From: Ascoidea asiatica JCM 7603 | Lineage: Eukaryota; Fungi; Ascomycota | Assembly (NCBI GenBank): GCA_001600695.1 | Contig: BCKQ01000007.1 | Location: 530,625 to 565,587 of the forward strand | DNA length: 34,963 bases | Direction of reading: 5' to 3' | In this document: positions 13,401-22,979 of the stretch, piece by piece | Layout: each line of letters begins with the position of its first letter | How positions within the stretch are numbered: the stretch's first letter is position 1 | Position numbers and translations under genes: made by a program | Notes under the pieces: model-generated | What the model saw: the letters and a program-made list of their open reading frames with translations, nothing else | What the model was told of the DNA's origin: nothing | The model's database searches: none

Positions 13401-13982
13401 CATCGTACAATTACTACAGAAAATTAATCCACAGAATCGACAATGATGTTTTCTTCGGAAAGTATTAAAAGATTTATTACATATAAAGCATTGAGAAGAG
13501 CTATCATCATCCATCCAGAACTCTTTTGAAATTAAATTAGTTTGTTTACTCTTTGACTTTTTGCTGGAATTGAAATTAAATAAAAAGTTTTTCGAAAAAG
13601 ATGAAGTTGATATTGACTCATTGTCGTTTTCAGTGGTTGAATTGGAATTATGGCTATGATGCTTTTTTATTTTTGTTTTATGAATCGAACCCTGACCTTT
13701 ATTGGAACCAATCGATTGACTTGAAAGTGAAGCACTAGATGAAAATTTACTTAAATGACGGTTTAGATTTGTTATGCTTGGATCTCTTTTTAAATTACTT
13801 GTAAATACGTCTGAATCATGTGTAATATTGGGAGTTAATTTATCTTCTATGATAATTTGGTTGTTAAATTTGGTTGTTGATAAATCTGGTTTGACCTTTG
13901 AGTTTAAATAAAGTAGTTTAAGACCACTCCCATCGACTTTAATACTATTTCTCTTTGTTGGTTCTCTTGTAGGTATCATCAT
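7458..13982 (-). CDS. FAB1: 1-phosphatidylinositol-3-phosphate 5-kinase Fab1/PIKfyve, 2174 aa
   Basis: FYVE domain (WMDD...CFIC...RRKHHCRFCGLIFC), CCT-like domain (YVKIKRIEGG, KNPKI), Cys-rich domain, and PIPK domain (GGKSGSAFLKTLDDRF, FDLKGSMRNR, MDYSL, GIIDYIRTFTWDKKLE). Confidence 0.97.
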   Translation of the reverse strand: MMIPTREPTKRNSIKVDGSGLKLLYLNSKVKPDLSTTKFNNQIIIEDKLTPNITHDSDVFTSNLKRDPSITNLNRHLSKFSSSASLSSQSIGSNKGQGSIHKTKIKKHHSHNSNSTTENDNESISTSSFSKNFLFNFNSSKKSKSKQTNLISKEFWMDDDSSSQCFICNKSFNTFRRKHHCRFCGLIFCSNCTMLVSGEKYNYKGKLRVCKDCSINVDSYDDDSSDENNSVLNQDIDQPNNQQPSIIDSATSNKHELNLNNIPIISSENSNMNSGHQKNNLSPENQAEMLTSTSLKSFQLNKNLSVLNISKLPSIHSNLSFSNLNNYSTISLHGENKHNSAYHNHNYNSDSDSDESEDEDEQSMSLYTALHGHVPNTTTSSNIPLPTVSFKPSNPINSSVSFSSSLNIPGLQSEPTSNLRKARTNYLRSDERASASLQRLKRSKSLNRSGYRKPKGKFSLDDSNISYSKTEKLGNNTAHHADDNVANSTLLSLIKNSSSIPNLSFNFNFASGHSSNNLALSNTTVGNNINNNNNHNNKKYGQLKPINNKIVKSRAPTFSFNSNHKFIKESKKLEHLISQVNEEYSKKFLKQLLNDETLSNNVKRDWYKTLNKIIVGIESLNPRIMRPVDLDIRRYVKIKRIEGGIPKDSFYVDGMVFSKTLALKNMASKIKNPKICLIVFSVEYNKSEHHFMSLEQVFAQEKEYLEKLVGRIIALKPDIVLIGANCSGVALKLLSDAGIATAYNVKPQVIEKLARVTEADVISSMDKLSLNPKLGICELFEVRTFLYENVRKSFFFFSGCRKDLGCTLVLRGGSQEQLRIIKNIAEFMTFLVFNLKLETYLVYDSYLKIETKNEFNEKLYKSSYYYEFVKYFQKRLISVSPSVHFTLPYILLKARNIEKDLLNFKESTKEIISNDSYEISPQKIQEQFDIAIDLTSLSRKNLLKIARQLVVSRIEDYESSFMVKSKQWEIFCQSSPYLLLEPAIHQNIVILYSLSSQNSTCFGPMPIQVEFYWQSDSSLGLYIQDLIYSSHQLCNDCGRALDDHYRSYIHGKGRIDVRVEKHPSPIPGCEHMIFMWSVCKVCLHKTPAIPMNQNTWNISLSKYFELSFLSNNCTSTLTCKHDFFKDRTKYFGFNKMVVKMDYSRIQTLSLSIPKSSFSFLGEVDIRLKIELYKEVTDKTNKFFDSVLNRLNRVKVDLTAGKQKLIDLKKICQEQHKQIQNEIETIYDTTAPNEYLKLNLIIRKVQALGVDWQDTFSVFSKNFLPSEKDISTIMRNLFYTMETSKEDVEMEELTPSSSTVETEKLQLEQKPNLVGTSSNPSFKLNEIVLDDKTCPSTDNLGLELETIKENNNECQLPQSVNNEKVVDIANESPLETGKLFNKDVKGSGISEDLDTLEKKSTKEAVKQEDLTSLENLELPHNEAENSQQLSQSNSTSTLAKPREKSKVLERVSMMEAIIHDSPDKSDSKQKEKEPEEIVVKPKVLPSKIPTRIPVRKSSLRIESFPPRKDSLTAYNIPSKIPKLSGLSTKQLELQLRQARPRQLQGRLDGKVLQLSKFFDQIHFDQLSNEFKLQRERERRKIYRNNYRAIPVVQSKPVVEIYESAKDAVEELSDDEDSKEDIKKTEMENFKKVQNIRSEIADAMNKRVNDNPKMIVLDSVTDTDSRSHINSSSGVNTQLNQTVKDAVDSSKTSENTQVTNFTSSQETNLFANGNKSSDAFSGDTDTKTSESQNNFNTEQDYTHHDNTETPELSDTLSNDSGSDEEDANNEKHPNLEDRADDLREKNTLIDTLKTFWADRSATLWKPLEYPLSPSEHVFADSNVIVREDEPCSVIAFCLSSTDYKEKIDNLKIALTFADDSTGNEKKLNDDILLKTIMLKTTAVHLKYLFLEDGSTFSCKIFYAEQFDAFRQKCGCDENFIQSISRCIKWDSNGGKSGSAFLKTLDDRFIIKQLSHAELEAFVKIAPNYFEYMGQALYHDLLTSLSKIFGFYQIQIKNSITGKSFKMNVLIMENLFYNKKNLKIFDLKGSMRNRHVQVQVDKKNQVLLDENMVEYISDSPLYLRDHDKSLLTACLFNDTLFLSKMNVMDYSLVIGIDTEHKDRDGNGELVVGIIDYIRTFTWDKKLESWVKEKGLVGGGGGKKPTILTPKQYKTRFRAAMNRYILMVPDSWYQTGSK

Positions 13983-15051
13983 GAAATGCTTTTATATCGC
14001 ACATAATGCAATGCACTCCAACAATTGAATGAATCGGATATGATAAAAATATATCTTGCGGTAATATCAATTCTAAATGTTTTAACTTATTTCATCCAGG
14101 CTTTGCCATAAATTCAATTCTTCTTCTTGAGATTAAAGGTTTATTTTGGTTTTAGATACATTCTGCTTTTAAATTGTCTCTTCTTATGTTTCAGGAATTC
14201 TCAGTGCTGTCACGTTTATTATCAAAACAATATGCCAAAGATGAAGATCTCAAAGCGGTATTAAAGTGCCCATATTAAGAAGTTCTTAATTAATTCCAGA
14301 AAATGTTCTGGTTTCACAGGGACTTTACAATGGTCAGATGTGTGAATAGACGATCGGATACACATTTTAAATTGATACCATAATACTTTACAAGAAAAAC
14401 ATGATAAGAGAATATAATAAACGATATAAAGAGAAAAAGAGATAACAAAAATACTAGTAGAGGCAATCTAAACCTTATAAGAATGGAAAAAAAGATAAAA
14501 TAAAGATGATATGAGAGTATGAGATTTGTTGTCTGAAAAGCAAGAATAGGACAATAGAAACTTTAAAAACACCATGAAACTAGAATGAAACTAGCATAAA
14601 ACTAAATTATTTGAAAGTAAGAACAAATATGGAAAAAAATCAGATAAAAAAAATTGATATACTTGTATATAAACAGATTCTCCTTTACAAAGGGATTATT
14701 TAAAAGGCGAAAGAAAAAAAAAAATTATAGAACAAAAGCAAAAGTTACTAAAGCCTACCAATGAGTAAAAGAGAAATTTATAAGCATAAAATGTTAAAAT
14801 TTAGTGAAAGCACAACGTATCATACAATTTGAAATAAGGAATAAAAAGCCATAACTTTAATATATTTCTCTTTGGATTCAAAACAATCCAATAAAGCATA
14901 TTATTTGAAAAAGCAATGCAGAAAACCAAGGCAAGAATTTGCCAAAAATTAAAAAAAGAAAAAGGGAATAGTAAAAGGGTGGATGGATTATAATGAGCTT
15001 TATATCTAATAAGCTCAGAAAGGTTTTTTTAATAAAGATTACTGGCCTGAA

Positions 15052-16416
15052 TCACCAAGCTGGATTAGCATATCCTGTATAACCTTGATAACTAGTGCCA
15101 GGAATTCCTCTATCAGGAAAACCAGTCATTAAATTGTTTGGCATACCACTATTCATTTGCATATGATTTGAAGGTGGATGAGGAACTTGAATACCCATTC
15201 CAGTAGAATTATTTGGATACATATGACGAGAAGAATTTTCATTTACTTGAATGCATTTCCAACCATCTTTATTTACCACATATGTTAAACTTGTACCTAA
15301 ATCTCCTTCAAGATTTTCACTTGGTAACCCAAATAATTCACGACTTTTTTTCAAACAACAAGAAGGTGTCACTTTCTTATTTCTGTTTCTGGATAAATTC
15401 AGCAGAACATGTTTCCATTTGAATTTTTCACCGGATATTAATAAAGTTTTAAGGATTTTAAAATCTCTATCTGTAAAATCGGGAATTGGTTGTTGAGAAT
15501 GTTCATTCATATGTTGTCGATTACTAATTAGATTGTTATTATTGAAATCTTCTGGGTTATTGAATCCCATTGAAGCATTTGAATGAAACATATTTGGAAT
15601 TTGAAAAGCATTGTTTTGATTTCCTTGTGAATTCTGGGTCATAAACGATGGTGTAGTATTATTGATTCCTTGATTAGAATATGGATAATTTATTGTTGGA
15701 ACAATGGATGTTTGATTATTTGTGTTAAACAAATTGGCAGTAGGAACATTAATATTCTGATTATTCAAATTATTAGTATTATTATTATTGTTATTACTGT
15801 TATTGTTATTGTTATTATTACTGTTATTATTCATATTATGATGACTTTGTGATCTATTGAGTAAAGGGGCATAATCAATATTAGAGTTATTATTTGAATT
15901 AGTAGAATTTTGAGGAAGAATATTGGCTGCAGCTTTCAATTGACCATTTGGATTGAAAAAATTGCTTGGATTATTACGATTTAAATTATTGTAATTTGAG
16001 AAATATGTTCCTGGTGGTGAACTTGTATCTGAACTTGAAATTTGATGAGGAGATAAATATGTTGCAAAACTAGAATTTGGATTGGAATTAATTAATGGAA
16101 TTCCAGTGTTAGAATTTGGCATATTGTTGTTCATTTTTGGTTCAATTAAATCAGGGCTTGAGTTGTTCAAATTATTGAGATTCATATTATTTAAAGAAGA
16201 TAAATAAGTATTGTTATTATTGATATTATTATTGAGAAATTTTTGAGAATGATTACTGCTTAAACTTGTTGCAGTTGTATTTGTATGAGAACTGTACTCT
16301 GAAATATTATCTAAAGAAGGTGAAAGACTAGTTGAAGCTGGAGATACCAAACCGTTTTTATTTTTTGATTCTTGAAGTGAAGTTTTGATTTGATTATTAT
16401 AAAGCAGATACGACAT
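15052..16416 (-). CDS. Asn/Ser-rich putative regulator with a C-terminal Myb/SANT-like domain, resembling Candida AAF1/ADF1 adherence-factor proteins, 454 aa
   Basis: About 310 aa of low complexity, then FTDRDFKILKTLLISGEKFKWKHV...LFGLP...LGTSLTYVVNKDGW. This resembles the conserved C-terminal block I recall from AAF1-like proteins (recall only, not searched). Confidence 0.6.
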   Translation of the reverse strand: MSYLLYNNQIKTSLQESKNKNGLVSPASTSLSPSLDNISEYSSHTNTTATSLSSNHSQKFLNNNINNNNTYLSSLNNMNLNNLNNSSPDLIEPKMNNNMPNSNTGIPLINSNPNSSFATYLSPHQISSSDTSSPPGTYFSNYNNLNRNNPSNFFNPNGQLKAAANILPQNSTNSNNNSNIDYAPLLNRSQSHHNMNNNSNNNNNNNSNNNNNNTNNLNNQNINVPTANLFNTNNQTSIVPTINYPYSNQGINNTTPSFMTQNSQGNQNNAFQIPNMFHSNASMGFNNPEDFNNNNLISNRQHMNEHSQQPIPDFTDRDFKILKTLLISGEKFKWKHVLLNLSRNRNKKVTPSCCLKKSRELFGLPSENLEGDLGTSLTYVVNKDGWKCIQVNENSSRHMYPNNSTGMGIQVPHPPSNHMQMNSGMPNNLMTGFPDRGIPGTSYQGYTGYANPAW

Positions 16417-17971
16417 AATTTTATTAATAATCGAAATTGAAACAGGGGATTAACTGAGTTTATATCAAATTTGAGTAATTTTTGAAAAATTTAATATAAA
16501 CCTTTTAATTAAAAAATAAATATTAAAAAATATTTTAGAATTGATAATAAAGGAAAATTAATGTGAAGTAAAGTAATTTTGAGGATGAAAAAATGTAATT
16601 TATTTTGAAGTATTAAACTTTGTTTGAAGGTGAGAGAAGTTCTTTTTTATAAAGGATGATCTTATGGAAGGAAAATGTAATAAATGAACTTAATAAAGAT
16701 GCTTATTATTGATAGAATTTTAATGTAGATAGAAATAATAGTAACTAAGGTACATAAGAAATATAAAGTAAACAAAGCAAGTAAAGATGTAAGGCTTTTT
16801 GGAATTAAAGTTAATAATTGAAGGTGATTTAGAAGAATAGTAATTATTAAGTAGTATAAGATTTATTGAATAGAATGTAGTATAATAAAATGAAAAAAAA
16901 ATAAGATATTTGATGTCAAATTTTTGAATATGGGAAGAACTGCAGTTATATATGGGTATAATATATGTATATTGAAAGTGAATTAAATTAAATGTAAGTT
17001 TATTATTATACTGTACGTAATTATAATTTTTTAAATATGTTAAAGGAGCCGATTAGTGTTTTTTTTTTATTTTACTTTTAATCTTTAACCCAGGCTACCA
17101 AAAATTAGAAAGATAAAATAATTACACTATTGAAAAGTTTGTAATAAGTTTGATAAAGATTTGCAAAATAAATTTGATAATTTGAATAAATAGAATTTTA
17201 AGTTGAAATCGAATCTATTATACCCTTAAAATAATTAATATTTGTTTAGCCTTTCTTTAATTGTATTCGGTGTTTTTAAAAGTAAAAATTTATATTCAAT
17301 TATAAACTTGAAGTTTTTTTGACTTTGGATGTTGAGATGAATAAGGATATGAAGAAATATACCGAAGAAGTTTTTAAATTATATTCAGATAAATTTATAA
17401 TATTATGAGAATATGTGATATATATATATATATATACAGTGTATATATTTATATTTATAATTATGTTTATGTTATTATTATTTGAATATGAATATAAAGT
17501 TTACTTTAATTAGATAATTTTTAAATAATAAAAGTAAAAAATTACTTGTATATTAGATTAGATTCAAAAGTTTAATAGACTTTACTTAGTTATAAAAAAA
17601 AAAAGAAAAAGAAAAAGAAAAGAAAAGAAAAAGAGTAGGAAATAAGCAGAAATGAAAGAGTAAAATTCAGATTCAGGTTCAAAGGGACAAGATGAGAATA
17701 GATTATGCTTATATAACAAGGAAAGGAAAAAAATAGTTTTTTTTTGAAAATGATGAAAATATCAATTAATACAAGTGTTTCTTGCAGAGACTGATTATTA
17801 TTGGAAAGTTTAAAACAGACAGAGTTAATATTAGAATAAAACAATGAAATCAATTTGACGATGATAATAATTAATGTTATGTAAGATAATTAGAATTTGT
17901 GTTCTTATCATTTTATATCATATTATATTATCCTTATGTCAAATTTACTATATTTCTATCAATAATAACGT

Positions 17972-17973
<2 letters not shown>

Positions 17974-18001
<28 letters not shown>
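17974..18001. repeat. Perfect 28-bp palindrome at an (AAT)n/(ATT)n microsatellite junction
   Basis: ataataataataat|attattattattat; the ATT run continues to about 18017. Confidence 0.8.
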
Positions 18002-18017
<16 letters not shown>

Positions 18018-18334
18018 GTTATAATTAAATAACTTAAGATAATTTTCTCAATAATACGATAACATCTTTAAAATTACAAATATTTGAGTATTGATAATAA
18101 TAATAATTAAAGTAAAATGGGATAATTGAAAATTTATTATAAGGGAGGATAATAGAAGGAATAAAAAGTTTATTGGTAACAATAATAATTAACAATAATA
18201 ATTAATAATAACAGTAGTTAATATAATTATTTGAGCTATTTAAGGGATTTGCAGTACTGGAGTCACGGATACTCCATATGGAGCAGTGTAATGAATAGTG
18301 TAATTTTAACCATATATTAATATATTTAGCACTG

Positions 18335-18384
18335 TAAAATACAAAGTAAAATACAAATAAGATACAAATAAAATACAAATAAAA
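18335..18384 (+). repeat. 11-12 bp tandem repeat (TAAAATACAAA-like), about 4 copies
   Basis: taaaatacaaagtaaaatacaaataagatacaaataaaatacaaataaa. Confidence 0.7.
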
Positions 18385-20469
18385 GATATTTTGACTATAG
18401 AAACATCATTGCAAAATTGTTTATTAGTAGGTTATAAATAGGCTATTAATAGGTTCCTTTTAAAAACTAGATTTCATGAATGCCTTTGGCTTTGTCATCT
18501 GAAGCAAACTGAATTGAAATGAATCGAATTCAATCGAATTGGAATGGGTTGAATTGGTTCGAAATTGCAAGAGTGGATTGAAACCGCACAATTAATTCAT
18601 GCTCAAGCAAACCAAACATGCAAAAAAAAAAATAAAAAGCCGGATCAGAAACTGGTTTGGTTGGCAAGTTTGGCCAAAATGTAAGAGTTTTAAAAAAAGA
18701 AAACAGATCCTCATTACGTAACAGTTACAAGAACTTTCTCGAATCTGATCTAATTCAAGGTCTTAAACAAGATCTCGAGTATGTATGTATGTGGTGGTGA
18801 ATTTGATTCAGATTCAAATTCTTGTGAAGTCCGATTTCAACATGCTCCTATTCAAAAGAACCAAAGGAAAAACAGCAAAACATACATCTTTTCTGATCAA
18901 GTCATGACTATTTCTTTTATTATTATTATTATTATTATTTGATCTTGTATCAAATATGATATCAGATCGTGTATCAGATTGAACCAAGATTCATGATTGC
19001 ATATTTCTTATTTTACCATATTTTTATATTTATTTTTTTCTACGTTTTTTCTTCATGTTGAAAACATTTACCACCACTGAAACTGTGGATCTGTGAAACT
19101 GCGCGGGTGCTTTTTTGGCCAGCGGCAACGTTAAATGAGAAAACTGGCGTGCTGTGCTGGGGCACGCCGGTGAAAACCGTTAAGACCCAGAAAGGTTAAC
19201 GTTTGGTACCAAAGAAGCGGTGCGGCCAGGTTCTGCCGTTACTGCCTCGACTGCTGTTGGTGGGGTTACTCCTATTTGGCCGGAAACTGGAAGAAATACG
19301 ATGATTTTTTTTGGAAATGCACAGTGTTTTCCCGCGTTTTCCACTTTTTTCTGCCGTATTTTCTCAAAACCCGCAGCTTTTTTTTGCGGATCGGGTATGT
19401 TGTTCGTTTGTTCGCTTGTTCGCTTGAGCTTTTGCTTAGATATTCTGGTTCAGGTTATCCATTTCTTCCACGCCTGATACAGAAACTGTTAACTTGTTCA
19501 CATTGATATTTTGACCAGGTTTCACATTTTAATTTGTATAATACAGATTTGTTTGTTATTTTTGTTTCTCAGTAATTTTTGATTCCAATCATCTTTTCAA
19601 AGACTAAACAAGATGTAGATTAGTGTACAAAATTGAAGAATGTTAGCTTTGAAGTTTTAGCTAATATCCTTTATTTCGCCTGTATCATCAGTTTTATCAA
19701 TATTATCACCTTTCAAATAGTACCGTCACTACTAAAATTCTAAAAATACGAGAGCAATAATTTCTTTAACTAGCCACTTGCATTTCAAAAATTATTACGA
19801 CACTTTTTCCACCTGATTTATTTGAAATAAACTTGAAATTGAAAACCTTTTTAGTTTTCTTAGTTACAGTCCGATGTTATAATTTTTATTTTTATTTTAT
19901 TTTTGTTTTTGTGATGGGTAAATTCTTTGAGCTAGTCTTTTTTTTTTTTAAAAAAAAAAAGCCGTTGAAAAACCATAAAAAAGCTAAATTTATTTCAAAA
20001 TTCTTTTGTAACTTTTTATGTAAAAAAAAAAAACATTTGGAAGTTTCTGTCTGAAAATTAAGTTGTTTTTTTTAAAAAAAACTAACATTGCGTTAAGTGA
20101 TTATTAATTATATTAGTCTAAGTCCAACGGTTAAAGAATCTTTTTCTTCATAAATTTATCAATTTGAAATAAATCAGATTTATTCAATTTTCAAACTAGC
20201 TTGTTGATCTAAATTCAAGTGTTTTTTTCAAATATTAGGATTATCCTTGCAATTAATATTTCACTACTGATAGCAAAAAATTAAAATACTTTTTTCTCCA
20301 TTTGGAAATGCGCCACTTTCTTTTAACTGTACCGAGAAATTGTATTGAAAAGTTATTTTTAATTTCTAAATTTTCTCGGGGCTTTACAATTTCTTCAGTT
20401 TTGAGAAATTGCGTACCGTAGTGCAAAACACAAAATGCAAAACGCAAAATGATTGTTATTTTCATCTAC

Positions 20470-20592
20470 CGCGCGCGCGTTTACGATAGCTGATAGCGAT
20501 AAGAAATTGCCACCAAATAATGCACGCGCCATGTGTTCTGTTCTTTGTGCTTTGTGATGTTTTTCTGTGTGTTTATTTTTCGTGTTTCGCGT
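20470..20592. promoter_or_regulatory. Cluster of SCB/MCB-like CGCG/CACG elements
   Basis: CGCGCGCGCGT at 20470-20480, ACGCG at 20524-20528, and TTTCGTG (reverse CACGAAA) at 20578-20584 abutting TTTCGCGT at 20585-20592. Confidence 0.5.
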
Positions 20593-22979
20593 TTTAAAAA
20601 AATTTGAAATAGTATCGGTATCCGGCCGATATTACCGTGCCGTAATTATGATAAATAAATAAAAAAAAAGGTCTGGATTGCCTATCTCAGAATCTCAAAA
20701 TGTACTTTATTTGAATAAAGTAACCTTTGATGTTATCAATTAATCTACTTAACAATTCAAAATCTCAACATTTGAAGGTAAGTTACAATAAGATGTCTAA
20801 AGGTATATATTTGAAAGTATACCTTTAAATGTATACCGTACTTTTTATTCAGTTCAATTTTAAATCAAAAAATTACCTGTTATTTGGAATTGTTTTGCTC
20901 AAACAAATCATCTTTCTTGTTCAAAGTAAATGTTGCATTTTTTGAATTCTAAATGTTTTGGATAGGTACATATATGAATAAAAGGCCAATATCAGATTTA
21001 GTTCAAATATGACTTGATCTTAGATTAGATTTCAACTTACTTTCTGATCTTAAATTAAATCAAATTTTACGTCAAAGATATTCATTTAAGATAACATATT
21101 CATTAAAAAAAAATAAAACTAATTAACCTAGTTGTTTAATTCTCCTAGCCTAACTTACAACTTTTTAAAAAATGCTCTTTAATAGAATTAATCTTATATT
21201 TTCTTAAATTTATTTTTAATATTCTTGTTAAAAAATAAGCCCATCAAATCCCAGAATCAAGCTCATTATTCTACATATTCAAGTCAAATTATCCTAAGAA
21301 ACATGAAAAAAATAAAATTACTTAACTTTGGTATAAAAATAAATAATTATCAAAAAAGTAACTTGAAAATTTCTTACAGTTTAAAATTTTTATTTTTTTT
21401 ACTTATTATAATAACTATGGTTTCAGTATTTATCCCTCAAAAAAAAACACATTGAGGAAAAATTCTGCCATTAATCACTTAAAATAATAATAAATAATTA
21501 TGTAATTATAATTTTGATAGATTTCTTGATCCTCTACAGTACTTTACAGTACGAATGAGTTTTTTTTCTTATTATACGTAAAACTCTCGTTAATTTTATA
21601 ATTTATGGCTGAAATTTGAAGATTACTTACCCAATATTTGATTTATAATTATTGATAGCTTTTAAAAGATGATATCTTTCAAAAATTCTGCTCACATTGA
21701 AATAAGGTAGTTAGTTAACCTTATAAAGCCGTTAATAGATTTTGAGAAAATTGATTAACAGTTATTTCAATAGTACTGGCATTATATAAAATTCACATTA
21801 TTATGTACTGGCAAGTTTTAAGATATATTTATATTATTGTTTACAAGAATTTTTTTTTGAAAATTCAATATTTCTACTTGAAAACATAAACTTTTTCCAT
21901 CTATTATTTAATTCTAACATAATTCTCATGATTTTTTTACATCTTATTAAACTTTTTGATTACCTCCGAAATACGGTATTCTTTTAAAATTCTTCTTCAC
22001 ATCTGTAGAGTAATAATTAATAATCATAGATAAAAAATATTTTTCAGACATTACGTAAAAGAAGATCTAAAATCACCTTTTTTATAAATGCTAGTTGTAT
22101 TCATATTTGTTCGGTCCGATTCAAAATTTCAAAAATAAATGTTTAAAAAAGAATCAGAGTTACCGTGGACCTTACCAAAATTTCTTAAAAACTGGGCTGA
22201 AAACTTTAAATTTCAACAATTACGTACGCCGGTTTCTTAAGCCCTAATCCCGAAATATCTTACTTTTCACCTGTCTAATCCAGAAAGCGATTGGAAACTT
22301 GCCACATTTCTCTATTATCGGGATTATTTTCTAAATCCATGCATAGCGTTGCCACTCAATGTATATTAAATATAATAAACTTGAATAACATCAACTATTG
22401 TTGCATACTTAAATTGGAGTGGAATGGCAATTTTCCATCAAAATGGGTAAATTTACTTCTCATAAACATTTATCTTTGATTCTAAAATCTTTTTCATTAA
22501 AAAAAAAATATTTTGATTTAAACAATCTTTGAAAACTGAAAAAATAAGCGAAGAATATTTTATTAGATTCACTTTTTTTATTCAACTGTTGAAGTTGATT
22601 ACAATTTCTTCTTTTTTTTTTTTTTTTCTTTCTTGAATTTTGTAGATATTCAGTCAACTGAATTGAATCCATTTACATAGAATCTCAGAATATTAACGTT
22701 TATAAAAAATTAACATAGCATTATAATATACATAATATAACAAAATTTAGGTATGATATAGGGGGAAAAAATAAATAAATAACATAATAGCCTACTCTAA
22801 TTAAACCCCCGTCCCCAATTTGTGAAAGAGGTCCATTAATTTTCTCATAAGTTTCCACATCTTCATCACTCACTAAAGTAGGGACAATGATTTCATTTTC
22901 ATCCCCTTCCAATAAAATTTCAGGGGAATTTCGATTTATTGTTTCCTGATATAAAATTGAAGAATTTTTATTAAAATCC

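Larger units (their letters stand above)
16417..22720. promoter_or_regulatory. About 6.3 kb apparently non-coding region upstream of the AAF1-like gene
   Basis: No credible long ORF. Very AT-rich, with discrete GC-richer motif islands at about 18250-18290, 19070-19490, 20400-20640 and 22150-22360. Confidence 0.6.

Noticed and set aside
8467-13468. Plus-strand ORFs inside FAB1, including the 233-aa ORF at 9451-10152
   Set aside because: Antisense shadows of a long coding frame, S/L/F-rich with no recognisable motifs. The same applies to antisense ORFs over HTD2, the AAF1-like gene and the KilA-N gene.
17750-17794. ATGATGA...CTGA as a box C/D snoRNA (similar pair at 29748-29799)
   Set aside because: Only 45-50 nt long, with no convincing terminal stem and no rRNA-complementary guide that I recognise.
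19220-19506. 85-aa and 76-aa ORFs in the GC island
   Set aside because: Non-ATG starts, T-run-driven Phe-rich composition and atypical codon usage.
20793-20828. ATG TCT AAA G|GTATAT as a first exon
   Set aside because: The donor is non-consensus and each acceptor I tried led quickly to a stop.
16417-22720. Long gene-free region as a centromere or transposon remnant
   Set aside because: No CDEI/II/III layout, long inverted repeats, LTRs or transposase/RT fragments seen. Its position upstream of a regulator-like gene explains it more simply, though an epigenetic centromere cannot be excluded from sequence.
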